Shown piece by piece: positions 7,326-15,879 of a stretch of 17,115 nt of DNA. Below the pieces are notes generated by a model. It was given only the letters and a program-made list of their open reading frames with translations, ran no database searches and was not told the DNA's origin. The position numbers were made by a program, and so were the translations under genes. The first letter of the stretch is position 1. The number at the start of each line of letters is the position of its first letter. Source of the DNA: a virus (lineage: Duplodnaviria > Heunggongvirae > Uroviricota > Caudoviricetes); the IMG/VR virus record IMGVR_UViG_2529292883_000003, positions 1 through 17,115 of that record; one strand, written 5' to 3'.

Positions 7326-8183
7326 TTACCCCCTGAAGCCTGGTGGGATCGCACTGTCCGGTAACGAAACGGTGTTAACCCGTCGGAGTAACGTCTCAGG
7401 TCGAACACCTTTCGGCGCGAACAAGCCCTGGTATTCGTTGGCGATGCTGTGTCGAATCACCTGCTCAGGTGAAAAACCCTGCTGGCGGAATTTTTCCAGC
7501 TCCCGTATCGCCCCGTTAGCGCCCTGCTCCGTTCGAATCGGTTTACGCAATGCCTGGCGAAATTCAACCCACTCACGCCAAAGCGAGAAAGAAATCCAGT
7601 TCGGCAAAGCAATATCCAGAGGGTCAAACTTTTTGATACCTAGATTCCCCCGGGGGGGATTTAGGGGGGGATCTGTTTTTAGATCTTTATCTGTATCTTT
7701 ATTAGTTGCCTTTGTGTTGACATCATGTTCAAACACCACTTCAACATCTGTTTGAACACCTGTTAAATTTCTCTCTTGTTTTGTTTGAACAACTGCTTCC
7801 TTTCTGCTTCTTCTGGCCTGAACAGATGCTTTTCCTGCGGCTGATTTTTTGGTTAATTTTTCCCTGACTGATGCCAGATCTTCCTCAATCCGAAGATGCA
7901 CCCATTCCTCGCCGTTATCGCAAAAAAACTCCTGCAAGGATGGTTCAACATCAGCCCATCGCTCGTTAGTCAGACGGGCAATTTTTGCCAGCCTGTTTTT
8001 AGGTATTGGCTTTCCTGTTTGCCAGTAATTGAACATCAGCAACAAATACGCACCATGCTCCTCTGCTGACAAATGCATGGTGTCAGCCAGGTAATCAGCT
8101 ATGTACAGTTGCATGTATGGTAATGCGGCCATAATTGCCCCGTATGATGCTGCCCGGTGGCTTAGAATAAGCACAAACAGCAT
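7326..8183 (-). CDS. ydaU: Rac prophage replication initiation protein (O-like)
   Basis: 285 aa, recognised as YdaU; stops 6 nt before the ydaV start (operon). Confidence 0.8.
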   Translation of the reverse strand: MLFVLILSHRAASYGAIMAALPYMQLYIADYLADTMHLSAEEHGAYLLLMFNYWQTGKPIPKNRLAKIARLTNERWADVEPSLQEFFCDNGEEWVHLRIEEDLASVREKLTKKSAAGKASVQARRSRKEAVVQTKQERNLTGVQTDVEVVFEHDVNTKATNKDTDKDLKTDPPLNPPRGNLGIKKFDPLDIALPNWISFSLWREWVEFRQALRKPIRTEQGANGAIRELEKFRQQGFSPEQVIRHSIANEYQGLFAPKGVRPETLLRRVNTVSLPDSAIPPGFRG

Positions 8184-8195
8184 GGAAACTTTTGC

Positions 8196-8618
8196 TTAAT
8201 GAACAATGACAGAATCGTCGGAAGACCCGCCGCCGCTGAAATGCGCTTTCCGGTAAACGGCCTGGACTGCATCATCATGCGCATCAATTGCCGTACTTAA
8301 CGCTTCCTGCGCCGCCAGTAATGCACGGCGTTCCAGGGTATCGAAGATGCAGAGTCGGTGACGCAGCTCGCGCGGAAGGATTGCCAGAATTGCAGGGATC
8401 AGTTTCTGAATTTTTTCCCTTTGCGCTTCCGTTTCACCTTTTAACCAACGGTGATAGATGTTCTGCTGATTATTCCAGTCCTTGCCTGGTACCAGGGGCA
8501 ATTCGCCGCCCCCCTGGCGCAGATATTCTTCAGTAATGGCATTGGCTACCCATGCCTGCCCTTTTTCGGCTGCCAGGGCTAACAACACTGACTCGATGTG
8601 CTCATGCTTGATTTTCAT
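8196..8618 (-). CDS. ydaT: Rac prophage protein YdaT
   Basis: 140 aa (MKIKHEHIESVLLALAAEKGQAWVANAITEEY...); start overlaps the ydaS stop (ATGA). Confidence 0.8.
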   Translation of the reverse strand: MKIKHEHIESVLLALAAEKGQAWVANAITEEYLRQGGGELPLVPGKDWNNQQNIYHRWLKGETEAQREKIQKLIPAILAILPRELRHRLCIFDTLERRALLAAQEALSTAIDAHDDAVQAVYRKAHFSGGGSSDDSVIVH

Positions 8619-8869
8619 GAATCAACTCCCATCAGCTTTTTCGTAGTAGTTTTATTTCTGCCAATAGTTAAAATTACATCGGCAGAAAATAATCCGTTTG
8701 ATGCATGAGCGATTTTTTCAGCGTAATTTGTTTCGCCGGTATATTCTGTGCGAGGCAATTTTCCGTTATCCATCCATTTGTAGATTGCTCTTTGGCTGAC
8801 ACCACAAATGTCGGCCACAACAGAAACGCGAACAGTTTTGATTACATCTTCAAGTGTTTTCTGGTTCAT
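8615..8869 (-). CDS. ydaS: Cro-like HTH regulator
   Basis: MNQKTLEDVIKTVRVSVVADICGVSQRAIYKWMDNGKLPRTEY... with an HTH. Start at ATG 8869-8867 chosen because GAGGGTGA precedes it; the ORF-track start at 8941 would lie 8 nt from the divergent racR start. Confidence 0.7.
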   Translation of the reverse strand: MNQKTLEDVIKTVRVSVVADICGVSQRAIYKWMDNGKLPRTEYTGETNYAEKIAHASNGLFSADVILTIGRNKTTTKKLMGVDS

Positions 8870-8948
8870 ATCACCCTCACAATGTGAACTTTGAGTACAT
8901 GCTATAACAGAACTGACAGTACATTCAAGAGCGAATATCATTGAACTT
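8870..8948. promoter_or_regulatory. divergent racR/ydaS promoter-operator region (OR-like)
   Basis: 79-bp gap between divergent starts containing two direct copies of GAACTnnnAGTACAT (8886-8900 and 8910-8924), 24 bp apart. Confidence 0.45.
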
Positions 8949-9368
8949 ATGGTTCATGAAGATAAAGCGCGTAAAGAGTTCGCCAGTAGGCTTGCGCTAG
9001 CCTGTGAAAACGCTGGTTATGAACAACATGGAAGGCAGGCAGAAATTGCCCGTCGAATGAAATTAACACCAAAAGCGGTTAGCAAATGGTTTAATGGCGA
9101 AACAATTCCTCGCCGAGAGAAATTAAGGGAATTAGCAACACTCATTGGAACAACACCAACCTATCTTTTGGGAGAGGATACAGAAGAAAGTGGACAGGTA
9201 CGTTTCTATCAGGAGTTAAATCCAAGACAAAAAATCATCATTGACCTTCTGGACGAGCTCCCTGACAGTGAGACAGATGAACTTTTAAAAACTCTTGAGG
9301 AGAAAAAACAGAAGTACAATGCAATTTACGAAGAGTTAGCACGAAAGAAAAAACAAAAAGCCTCTTAA
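8949..9368 (+). CDS. racR: prophage repressor, CI-like HTH protein
   Basis: 139-aa ORF divergent from ydaS with an HTH (LTPKAVSKWFNGETIP). Position matches racR; length differs from what I remember for K-12, so the allele may differ. Confidence 0.65.
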   Translation: MVHEDKARKEFASRLALACENAGYEQHGRQAEIARRMKLTPKAVSKWFNGETIPRREKLRELATLIGTTPTYLLGEDTEESGQVRFYQELNPRQKIIIDLLDELPDSETDELLKTLEEKKQKYNAIYEELARKKKQKAS

Positions 9369-9439
9369 ACCAGCATAAATCCGGTAGCGCCCCCCTCCGG
9401 GTTTGTGCTTCACTTTATCCCATCTCATTTTTTTACACA

Positions 9440-9490
9440 CAAAATGTACTTAAAGTACTTTACATCAATGAACACAAAGTACATCATATA
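9440..9490. promoter_or_regulatory. OL-like operator/promoter region downstream of racR
   Basis: ATGTACT (9444-9450, inverse of AGTACAT), 10-bp palindrome AAAGTACTTT (9452-9461) and AGTACAT (9478-9484): the same core as in the racR/ydaS gap. Confidence 0.35.
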
Positions 9491-9658
9491 CCTACCAACC
9501 CACCCCGCCCCACAGAACGCAGGGCAATACTTCGAGTTACCAGGCAGTGGTCAGGGGTTAAGTAGCCAGCCCGAGGCGTATGAACATGACGGCAGGGTTC
9601 AGATTTTGCAGTGCAGCAGGTTTCAGTTCCGCCACCCGGCGTTAAGGGGAGAGATAAG

Positions 9659-9793
9659 ATGGTGCATTACGAAGTAGTTCAGTATTTGATGGATTGTTGC
9701 GGTATCACTTACAACCAGGCTGTGCAGGCTTTACGCAGCAACGACTGGGATCTCTGGCAGGCAGAAGTCGCTATACGTAGCAACAAGATGTGA
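9659..9793 (+). CDS. ydaG: Rac prophage small protein YdaG, 44 aa
   Basis: MVHYEVVQYLMDCCGITYNQAVQALRSNDWDLWQAEVAIRSNKM preceded by GGGGAGAG; the ORF-track start at 9611 is an in-frame extension. Confidence 0.7.
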   Translation: MVHYEVVQYLMDCCGITYNQAVQALRSNDWDLWQAEVAIRSNKM

Positions 9794-9803
9794 GATTCGC
9801 AAA

Positions 9804-9959
9804 ATGCAAAAAATCGACCTCGGCAACAACGAATCCCTGGTGTGCGGCGTGTTCCCCAACCAGGATGGAACGTTCACTGCCATGACGTATACCAAAAGCA
9901 AAACATTTAAAACCGAAACTGGTGCGCGCCGATGGTTGGAGAAGCACACAGTAAGCTAA
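9804..9959 (+). CDS. ydaF: Rac prophage small protein YdaF, 51 aa
   Basis: MQKIDLGNNESLVCGVFPNQDGTFTAMTYTKSKTFKTETGARRWLEKHTVS; below the ORF-track length cut-off; stop overlaps the sieB stop by 4 nt (convergent). Confidence 0.65.
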   Translation: MQKIDLGNNESLVCGVFPNQDGTFTAMTYTKSKTFKTETGARRWLEKHTVS

Positions 9960-10444
9960 CGATTAAAACGTCTACTCCTGCTGTTCCAGAATAACTTCAT
10001 AAAATGGGAGTATTTTTCGGTGACGAGATAATAAGAACAGTTTGCGCTATCACTCTGATGTTGAATGATGCCCTTCCGTTCTAATTTTTTCATAACCGGG
10101 TTACGGCAAGGAGAAGTGATAATAAGATTTCCTGTTTTAAGGAAATCTTTAAATACAGCGATTTCTTTCTCAGATAAACGAAGCAATACTCGTTGCTCTG
10201 GTAGTAATGAATAATGCTTTTGAATATGTGCTCGCCATCTTGAGAAGGAAATGGCGACCACGAAAGAAAAGGCAAAAACGATAATCTGAAAGAGCCAAGG
10301 TATTTCAGTATAAGCATTGAATGCGACAGTAAACTCTTTCGGTATCAGCCAGAGAGTGAGACCAAAAATGATAATCGTATACATAAGTCTTTCGAGTGGC
10401 TCGTTAGCAAAAAGTTTCAACAATGGAGTAAATACATCCAACAT
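9956..10444 (-). CDS. sieB: superinfection exclusion protein B
   Basis: 162 aa from internal Met (MLDVFTPLLKLFANEPLERLMYTIIIFGLTLWLIPKEF...), membrane helices; the ORF-track frame is N-terminally over-extended. Confidence 0.8.
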   Translation of the reverse strand: MLDVFTPLLKLFANEPLERLMYTIIIFGLTLWLIPKEFTVAFNAYTEIPWLFQIIVFAFSFVVAISFSRWRAHIQKHYSLLPEQRVLLRLSEKEIAVFKDFLKTGNLIITSPCRNPVMKKLERKGIIQHQSDSANCSYYLVTEKYSHFMKLFWNSRSRRFNR

Positions 10445-10885
10445 ATCAATAACTCTCAACTGTAAGGGTATTGAAATGTTAACACAAGCTCTCGCTGTAG
10501 GGGTATAGCCGAGACCACCGAAGCCCGGAGGTGGTGAAATAAAACCGGGCACAACACGAAGGCGCATTTCCGATATCCATAAAGAGTCGGTCTTGTCTGT
10601 TAAATTTAAATGGTGGGAGTGCGCCTCCGGTTGTAAATAACGACATTGCTGTGTGTAGTCCTGGCGGCATCAGTTTTTTTCTTGAAGTTCGGCTGATGTC
10701 CGCCCTTTTTAAAGTGAATTTTGTGATGCGGTGAATGCGGCTAAGCGCACGTGGCACAGTTAAAAGTCATGTTAGTCCTTATTGGTTTGGGGGGGAAAGC
10801 CGACTGTAATTGTTAACTGGTTGCAGTCACCTGGAGGCACCAGGCACCGCATCAACAAAGTTCATTTGTAAAAATGGAGATAATT

Positions 10886-11107
10886 ATGATTGCACATCAC
10901 TTCGGAACTGATGAAATACCACGTCAGTGTGTGACTCCTGGCGATTATGTTCTTCATGAAGGCCGGACATATATTGCCTCGGCAAACAATATTAAAAAGC
11001 GAAAACTATATATTCGTAACCTGGCCACAAAAACATGCATTACTGACCGCATGATTAAAGTCTTCCTCGGTCGTGATGGGTTACCTGTAAAGGCGGAGTC
11101 ATGGTGA
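10886..11107 (+). CDS. kilR: Kil-like inhibitor of cell division
   Basis: 73 aa ([42 protein letters not shown]...), GGAGA 6 nt upstream of ATG 10886. Confidence 0.8.
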   Translation: MIAHHFGTDEIPRQCVTPGDYVLHEGRTYIASANNIKKRKLYIRNLATKTCITDRMIKVFLGRDGLPVKAESW

Positions 11108-11277
11108 TGACTAAGAAAATAAAATGTGCTTACCACCTTTGCAAAAAAGACGTTGAAGAAAGCAAAGCTATTGAAAGAATGCTTCACTTCATGCACGGGA
11201 TTTTATCAAAAGACGAACCGAGAAAATATTGCAGTGAAGCTTGTGCCGAAAAAGACCAGATGGCACATGAACTTTAA
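11107..11277 (+). CDS. ydaE: small Cys-rich protein YdaE, 56 aa
   Basis: [56 protein letters not shown]; ATG overlaps the kilR stop (TGATG); below the ORF-track cut-off. Confidence 0.7.
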   Translation: MTKKIKCAYHLCKKDVEESKAIERMLHFMHGILSKDEPRKYCSEACAEKDQMAHEL

Positions 11278-11351
11278 TTAATTGACTATTCGAAACTGAA
11301 TTTATGCCAGAAATGGCAGGTATTCGCTCAACCTTAATTAAGGAGAAAAAC

Positions 11352-11627
11352 ATGATTACCAATTATGAAGCCACTGTTGTAACTACCGATGACATTGTTC
11401 ACGAGGTGAATCTGGAAGGAAAGCGCATTGGCTACGTAATTAAAACAGAAAATAAAGAAACCCCATTCACTGTGGTTGATATCGATGGTCCATCAGGCAA
11501 CGTAAAAACACTTGATGAAGGTGTCAAAAAAATGTGCCTGGTGCATATCGGAAAGAATCTGCCCGCAGAAAAAAAAGCCGAATTTCTGGCAACTCTAATT
11601 GCAATGAAATTAAAAGGTGAAATCTGA
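11352..11627 (+). CDS. racC: Rac prophage protein RacC, 91 aa
   Basis: MITNYEATVVTTDDIVHEVNLEGKRIGYVIKTENKETPF...; AGGAG 6 nt upstream of ATG 11352. Confidence 0.8.
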   Translation: MITNYEATVVTTDDIVHEVNLEGKRIGYVIKTENKETPFTVVDIDGPSGNVKTLDEGVKKMCLVHIGKNLPAEKKAEFLATLIAMKLKGEI

Positions 11628-11634
11628 AAGAAAT

Positions 11635-11655
11635 AGCCTGCGTATGGCGCAGGCT
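11635..11655 (+). other. stem-loop between racC and recE
   Basis: AGCCTGCG-TATGG-CGCAGGCT: perfect 8-bp stem, 5-nt loop, no U-tract. Confidence 0.35.
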
Positions 11656-11728
11656 ATGAACAGTGTGTATCCGGCAAGATCATTCACTGAACAAAACGAA
11701 TTTTAATCTGAGTTGAGGTTAAAAAACA

Positions 11729-14329
11729 ATGAGCACAAAACCACTCTTCCTGTTACGGAAAGCGAAAAAATCATCCGGTGAACCTGACGTCGTCCTGTGG
11801 GCAAGCAACGATTTTGAATCGACCTGTGCCACTCTGGACTACCTGATCGTTAAGTCAGGTAAAAAACTGAGCAGCTATTTTAAAGCTGTTGCCACGAATT
11901 TTCCTGTCGTTAATGACCTGCCCGCTGAAGGTGAGATCGATTTTACCTGGAGTGAACGCTATCAACTCAGCAAAGACTCCATGACATGGGAACTAAAACC
12001 GGGAGCAGCACCAGACAACGCTCACTATCAAGGCAATACCAACGTCAACGGCGAAGACATGACTGAGATTGAGGAGAATATGCTACTCCCAATTTCTGGC
12101 CAGGAACTGCCCATTCGTTGGCTTGCTCAACACGGCAGCGAAAAACCGGTAACGCACGTTTCACGCGACGGACTCCAGGCATTACACATTGCTCGGGCTG
12201 AAGAACTACCGGCTGTTACTGCCCTGGCTGTTTCCCACAAAACCAGCCTGCTCGACCCGCTGGAAATTCGCGAACTCCACAAACTGGTTCGTGACACTGA
12301 CAAAGTTTTCCCTAATCCTGGTAATTCAAACCTGGGACTGATAACTGCTTTTTTCGAAGCATACCTGAACGCTGACTACACCGATCGAGGACTGCTGACA
12401 AAAGAGTGGATGAAGGGTAATCGTGTTTCACACATCACTCGCACGGCTTCCGGTGCTAATGCTGGCGGCGGAAACCTCACCGATCGCGGCGAAGGTTTCG
12501 TACACGATCTGACGTCACTGGCGCGCGACGTAGCCACTGGCGTACTGGCCCGTTCAATGGATCTGGACATCTATAACCTTCATCCGGCACACGCTAAACG
12601 CATTGAGGAAATTATCGCTGAAAATAAACCGCCCTTTTCTGTTTTCCGCGACAAATTCATCACCATGCCTGGCGGGCTGGATTATTCCCGCGCCATCGTG
12701 GTTGCGTCCGTAAAAGAAGCACCAATTGGGATCGAGGTCATCCCCGCGCACGTCACTGAATATCTGAACAAAGTACTGACTGAAACCGATCATGCCAACC
12801 CTGATCCGGAAATCGTGGATATTGCCTGCGGTCGCTCCTCTGCCCCGATGCCGCAGCGAGTAACAGAAGAAGGAAAACAGGATGATGAAGAAAAACCGCA
12901 ACCATCTGGAACAACGGCAGTTGAACAGGGAGAGGCTGAAACAATGGAACCGGACGCAACTGAACATCATCAGGACACGCAGCCGCTGGATGCTCAGTCA
13001 CAGGTAAATTCTGTTGATGCGAAATATCAGGAACTGCGGGCAGAACTCCATGAAGCCCGGAAAAACATTCCATCAAAAAATCCTGTCGATGCCGATAAAT
13101 TGCTTGCAGCATCACGTGGTGAATTTGTTGACGGAATTAGCGACCCGAACGATCCGAAATGGGTAAACGGGATCCAGACTCGCGATTGTGTGTACCAGAA
13201 CCAGCCAGAAACGGAAAAAACCAGACCAGATATGAATCAACCTGAGCCAGTAGTGCAACAGGAACCGGAAATAGCCTGCAATGCCTGCGGCCAGACTGGC
13301 GGGGATAACTGCCCTGACTGTGGTGCGGTGATGGGCGACGCAACATACCAGGAAACATTCGATGAAGAGAGTCAGGTTGAAGCTAAGGAAAATGATCCGG
13401 AGGAAATGGAAGGCGCTGAACATCCGCACAATGAGAATGCTGGCAGCGATCCGCATCGCGATTGCAGTGATGAAACTGGCGAAGTCGCAGATCCCGTAAT
13501 CGTAGAAGACATAGAGCCAGGTATTTATTACGGAATTTCGAATGAGAATTACCACGCGGGTCCCGGTGTCAGTAAGTCTCAGCTCGATGACATTGCTGAT
13601 ACTCCGGCACTATATTTGTGGCGTAAAAATGCCCCCGTGGACACCACAAAGACAAAAACGCTCGATTTAGGAACCGCTTTCCACTGCCGGGTACTTGAAC
13701 CGGAAGAATTCAGTAACCGCTTTATCGTAGCACCTGAATTTAACCGCCGTACAAACGCCGGAAAAGAAGAAGAGAAAGCGTTTCTGATGGAATGCGCAAG
13801 CACAGGAAAAACAGTTATCACTGCGGAAGAAGGCCGGAAAATTGAACTCATGTATCAAAGCGTTATGGCTTTGCCGCTGGGGCAATGGCTTGTTGAAAGC
13901 GCCGGACACGCTGAATCATCAATTTACTGGGAAGATCCTGAAACAGGAATTTTGTGTCGGTGCCGTCCGGACAAAATTATCCCTGAATTTCACTGGATCA
14001 TGGACGTGAAAACTACGGCGGATATTCAACGATTCAAAACCGCTTATTACGACTACCGCTATCACGTTCAGGATGCATTCTACAGTGACGGTTATGAAGC
14101 ACAGTTTGGAGTGCAGCCAACTTTCGTTTTTCTGGTTGCCAGCACAACTATTGAATGCGGACGTTATCCGGTTGAAATTTTCATGATGGGCGAAGAAGCA
14201 AAACTGGCAGGTCAACAGGAATATCACCGCAATCTGCGAACCCTGTCTGACTGCCTGAATACCGATGAATGGCCAGCTATTAAGACATTATCACTGCCCC
14301 GCTGGGCTAAGGAATATGCAAATGACTAA
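11729..14329 (+). CDS. recE: exodeoxyribonuclease VIII (RecE)
   Basis: 866-aa ORF recognised as RecE ([41 protein letters not shown]...); GAGG upstream; stop overlaps the recT start. Confidence 0.9.
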   Translation: MSTKPLFLLRKAKKSSGEPDVVLWASNDFESTCATLDYLIVKSGKKLSSYFKAVATNFPVVNDLPAEGEIDFTWSERYQLSKDSMTWELKPGAAPDNAHYQGNTNVNGEDMTEIEENMLLPISGQELPIRWLAQHGSEKPVTHVSRDGLQALHIARAEELPAVTALAVSHKTSLLDPLEIRELHKLVRDTDKVFPNPGNSNLGLITAFFEAYLNADYTDRGLLTKEWMKGNRVSHITRTASGANAGGGNLTDRGEGFVHDLTSLARDVATGVLARSMDLDIYNLHPAHAKRIEEIIAENKPPFSVFRDKFITMPGGLDYSRAIVVASVKEAPIGIEVIPAHVTEYLNKVLTETDHANPDPEIVDIACGRSSAPMPQRVTEEGKQDDEEKPQPSGTTAVEQGEAETMEPDATEHHQDTQPLDAQSQVNSVDAKYQELRAELHEARKNIPSKNPVDADKLLAASRGEFVDGISDPNDPKWVNGIQTRDCVYQNQPETEKTRPDMNQPEPVVQQEPEIACNACGQTGGDNCPDCGAVMGDATYQETFDEESQVEAKENDPEEMEGAEHPHNENAGSDPHRDCSDETGEVADPVIVEDIEPGIYYGISNENYHAGPGVSKSQLDDIADTPALYLWRKNAPVDTTKTKTLDLGTAFHCRVLEPEEFSNRFIVAPEFNRRTNAGKEEEKAFLMECASTGKTVITAEEGRKIELMYQSVMALPLGQWLVESAGHAESSIYWEDPETGILCRCRPDKIIPEFHWIMDVKTTADIQRFKTAYYDYRYHVQDAFYSDGYEAQFGVQPTFVFLVASTTIECGRYPVEIFMMGEEAKLAGQQEYHRNLRTLSDCLNTDEWPAIKTLSLPRWAKEYAND

Positions 14330-15131
14330 GCAACCACCAATCGCAAAAGCCGATCTGCAAAAAACTCAGGGAAACCGTGCACCAGCAGCAGTTAAAAATA
14401 GCGACGTGATTAGTTTTATTAACCAGCCATCAATGAAAGAGCAACTGGCAGCAGCTCTTCCACGCCATATGACGGCTGAACGTATGATCCGTATCGCCAC
14501 CACAGAAATTCGTAAAGTTCCGGCGTTAGGAAACTGTGACACTATGAGTTTTGTCAGTGCGATCGTACAGTGTTCACAGCTCGGACTTGAGCCAGGTAGC
14601 GCCCTCGGTCATGCATATTTACTGCCTTTTGGTAATAAAAACGAAAAGAGCGGTAAAAAGAACGTTCAGCTAATCATTGGCTATCGCGGCATGATTGATC
14701 TGGCTCGCCGTTCTGGTCAAATCGCCAGCCTGTCAGCCCGTGTTGTCCGTGAAGGTGACGAGTTTAGCTTCGAATTTGGCCTTGATGAAAAGTTAATACA
14801 CCGCCCGGGAGAAAACGAAGATGCCCCGGTTACCCACGTCTATGCTGTCGCAAGACTGAAAGACGGAGGTACTCAGTTTGAAGTTATGACGCGCAAACAG
14901 ATTGAGCTGGTGCGCAGCCTGAGTAAAGCTGGTAATAACGGGCCGTGGGTAACTCACTGGGAAGAAATGGCAAAGAAAACGGCTATTCGTCGCCTGTTCA
15001 AATATCTGCCCGTATCAATTGAGATCCAGCGTGCAGTATCAATGGATGAAAAGGAACCACTGACAATCGATCCTGCAGATTCCTCTGTATTAACCGGGGA
15101 ATACAGTGTAATCGATAATTCAGAGGAATAA
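14322..15131 (+). CDS. recT: RecT single-strand annealing protein
   Basis: 269 aa from ATG 14322 ([32 protein letters not shown]...); the ORF-track start at 14265 is an in-frame extension inside recE. Confidence 0.9.
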   Translation: MTKQPPIAKADLQKTQGNRAPAAVKNSDVISFINQPSMKEQLAAALPRHMTAERMIRIATTEIRKVPALGNCDTMSFVSAIVQCSQLGLEPGSALGHAYLLPFGNKNEKSGKKNVQLIIGYRGMIDLARRSGQIASLSARVVREGDEFSFEFGLDEKLIHRPGENEDAPVTHVYAVARLKDGGTQFEVMTRKQIELVRSLSKAGNNGPWVTHWEEMAKKTAIRRLFKYLPVSIEIQRAVSMDEKEPLTIDPADSSVLTGEYSVIDNSEE

Positions 15132-15138
15132 TTCAGCC

Positions 15139-15175
15139 TGGCGGTGTAATACACCGCCAACTTGAAATATTTTTT
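15139..15175 (+). terminator. hairpin plus T-run after recT
   Basis: TGGCGGTG-TAATA-CACCGCCA (15139-15159) followed 10 nt later by TTTTTT (15170-15175); the spacing is long for a canonical intrinsic terminator. Confidence 0.3.
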
Positions 15176-15187
15176 ATGAGAAAAATT

Positions 15188-15382
15188 ATGAGATATGACA
15201 ATGTTAAACCATGTCCATTTTGTGGTTGTCCATCAGTAACGGTGAAAGCCATTTCAGGATATTACCGAGCGAAGTGTAACGGATGCGAATCCCGAACCGG
15301 TTATGGTGGAAGTGAAAAAGAAGCACTCGAAAGATGGAATAAACGAACCACTGGAAATAATAATGGAGGTGTTCATGTATAA
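15188..15382 (+). CDS. ralR: restriction alleviation protein Lar/RalR, 64 aa
   Basis: MRYDNVKPCPFCGCPSVTVKAISGYYRAKCNGCESRTGYGGSEKEALERWNKRTTGNNNGGVHV, Cys-rich. Confidence 0.8.
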   Translation: MRYDNVKPCPFCGCPSVTVKAISGYYRAKCNGCESRTGYGGSEKEALERWNKRTTGNNNGGVHV

Positions 15383-15584
15383 AATTACCGCCACTATTGA
15401 AAAGGAAGGTGGCACTCCTACTAACTGGACAAGATATTCAAAATCTAAACTAACGAAATCAGAATGCGAAAAAATGCTCTCAGGTAAAAAAGAAGCAGGC
15501 GTTTCCAGAGAGCAGAAAGTAAAACTGATAAATTTTAATTGCGAGAAACTTCAGTCCTCGAGAATTGCATTGTATTCAAATTAA
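15375..15584 (+). CDS. ydaC: Rac prophage protein YdaC, 69 aa
   Basis: MYKITATIEKEGGTPTNWTRYSKSKLTKSECEKMLSGKKEAG...; ATG overlaps the ralR 3' end. Confidence 0.7.
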   Translation: MYKITATIEKEGGTPTNWTRYSKSKLTKSECEKMLSGKKEAGVSREQKVKLINFNCEKLQSSRIALYSN

Positions 15585-15662
15585 AACTTCATAGCTGATT
15601 ATTAATAATCAACATCGGGCGTCAATTTCAGTCTAACATTGGCGCCTGCCAGAGGTGATGCG

Positions 15663-15878
15663 ATGGCACAAGTAATCTTTAATGAAGAGTGGATGGTTGA
15701 ATACGGCCTGATGCTTCGCACTGGTCTGGGGGCCAGACAAATTGAAGCATACCGCCAGAACTGTTGGGTGGAGGGCTTCCACTTCAAACGAGTATCTCCT
15801 TTAGGTAAGCCAGACAGCAAACGAGGGATTATCTGGTACAACTATCCAAAGATAAATCAGTTTATCAAAGACTCATGA
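15663..15878 (+). CDS. xisR: excisionase
   Basis: 71 aa ([44 protein letters not shown]...); GAGGTGA upstream; immediately precedes the integrase. Confidence 0.8.
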   Translation: MAQVIFNEEWMVEYGLMLRTGLGARQIEAYRQNCWVEGFHFKRVSPLGKPDSKRGIIWYNYPKINQFIKDS

Positions 15879-15879
15879 T

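Noticed and set aside
6683-7755. Plus-strand ORFs 6683-6901, 6885-7265 and 7180-7755 overlapping ydaV/ydaU
   Set aside because: Antisense to two recognised replication genes in an operon; no independent support.
9405-9677. 90-aa ORF spanning the racR-ydaG interval
   Set aside because: It covers the operator-like motif cluster and runs into ydaG in another frame; more likely regulatory DNA than coding.
10479-10757. 92-aa minus-strand ORF upstream of sieB
   Set aside because: No RBS or recognisable features; the region between sieB and kilR more plausibly holds promoters and terminator-like structures.
12376-14227. Six ORF-track frames of 64-147 aa on the minus strand inside recE
   Set aside because: They lie antisense within a well-recognised 866-aa gene, have no SD and show low-complexity or repetitive composition typical of antisense artefacts in GC-normal coding DNA.
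15602-15841. 79-aa minus-strand ORF overlapping xisR
   Set aside because: Antisense to the recognised excisionase gene.
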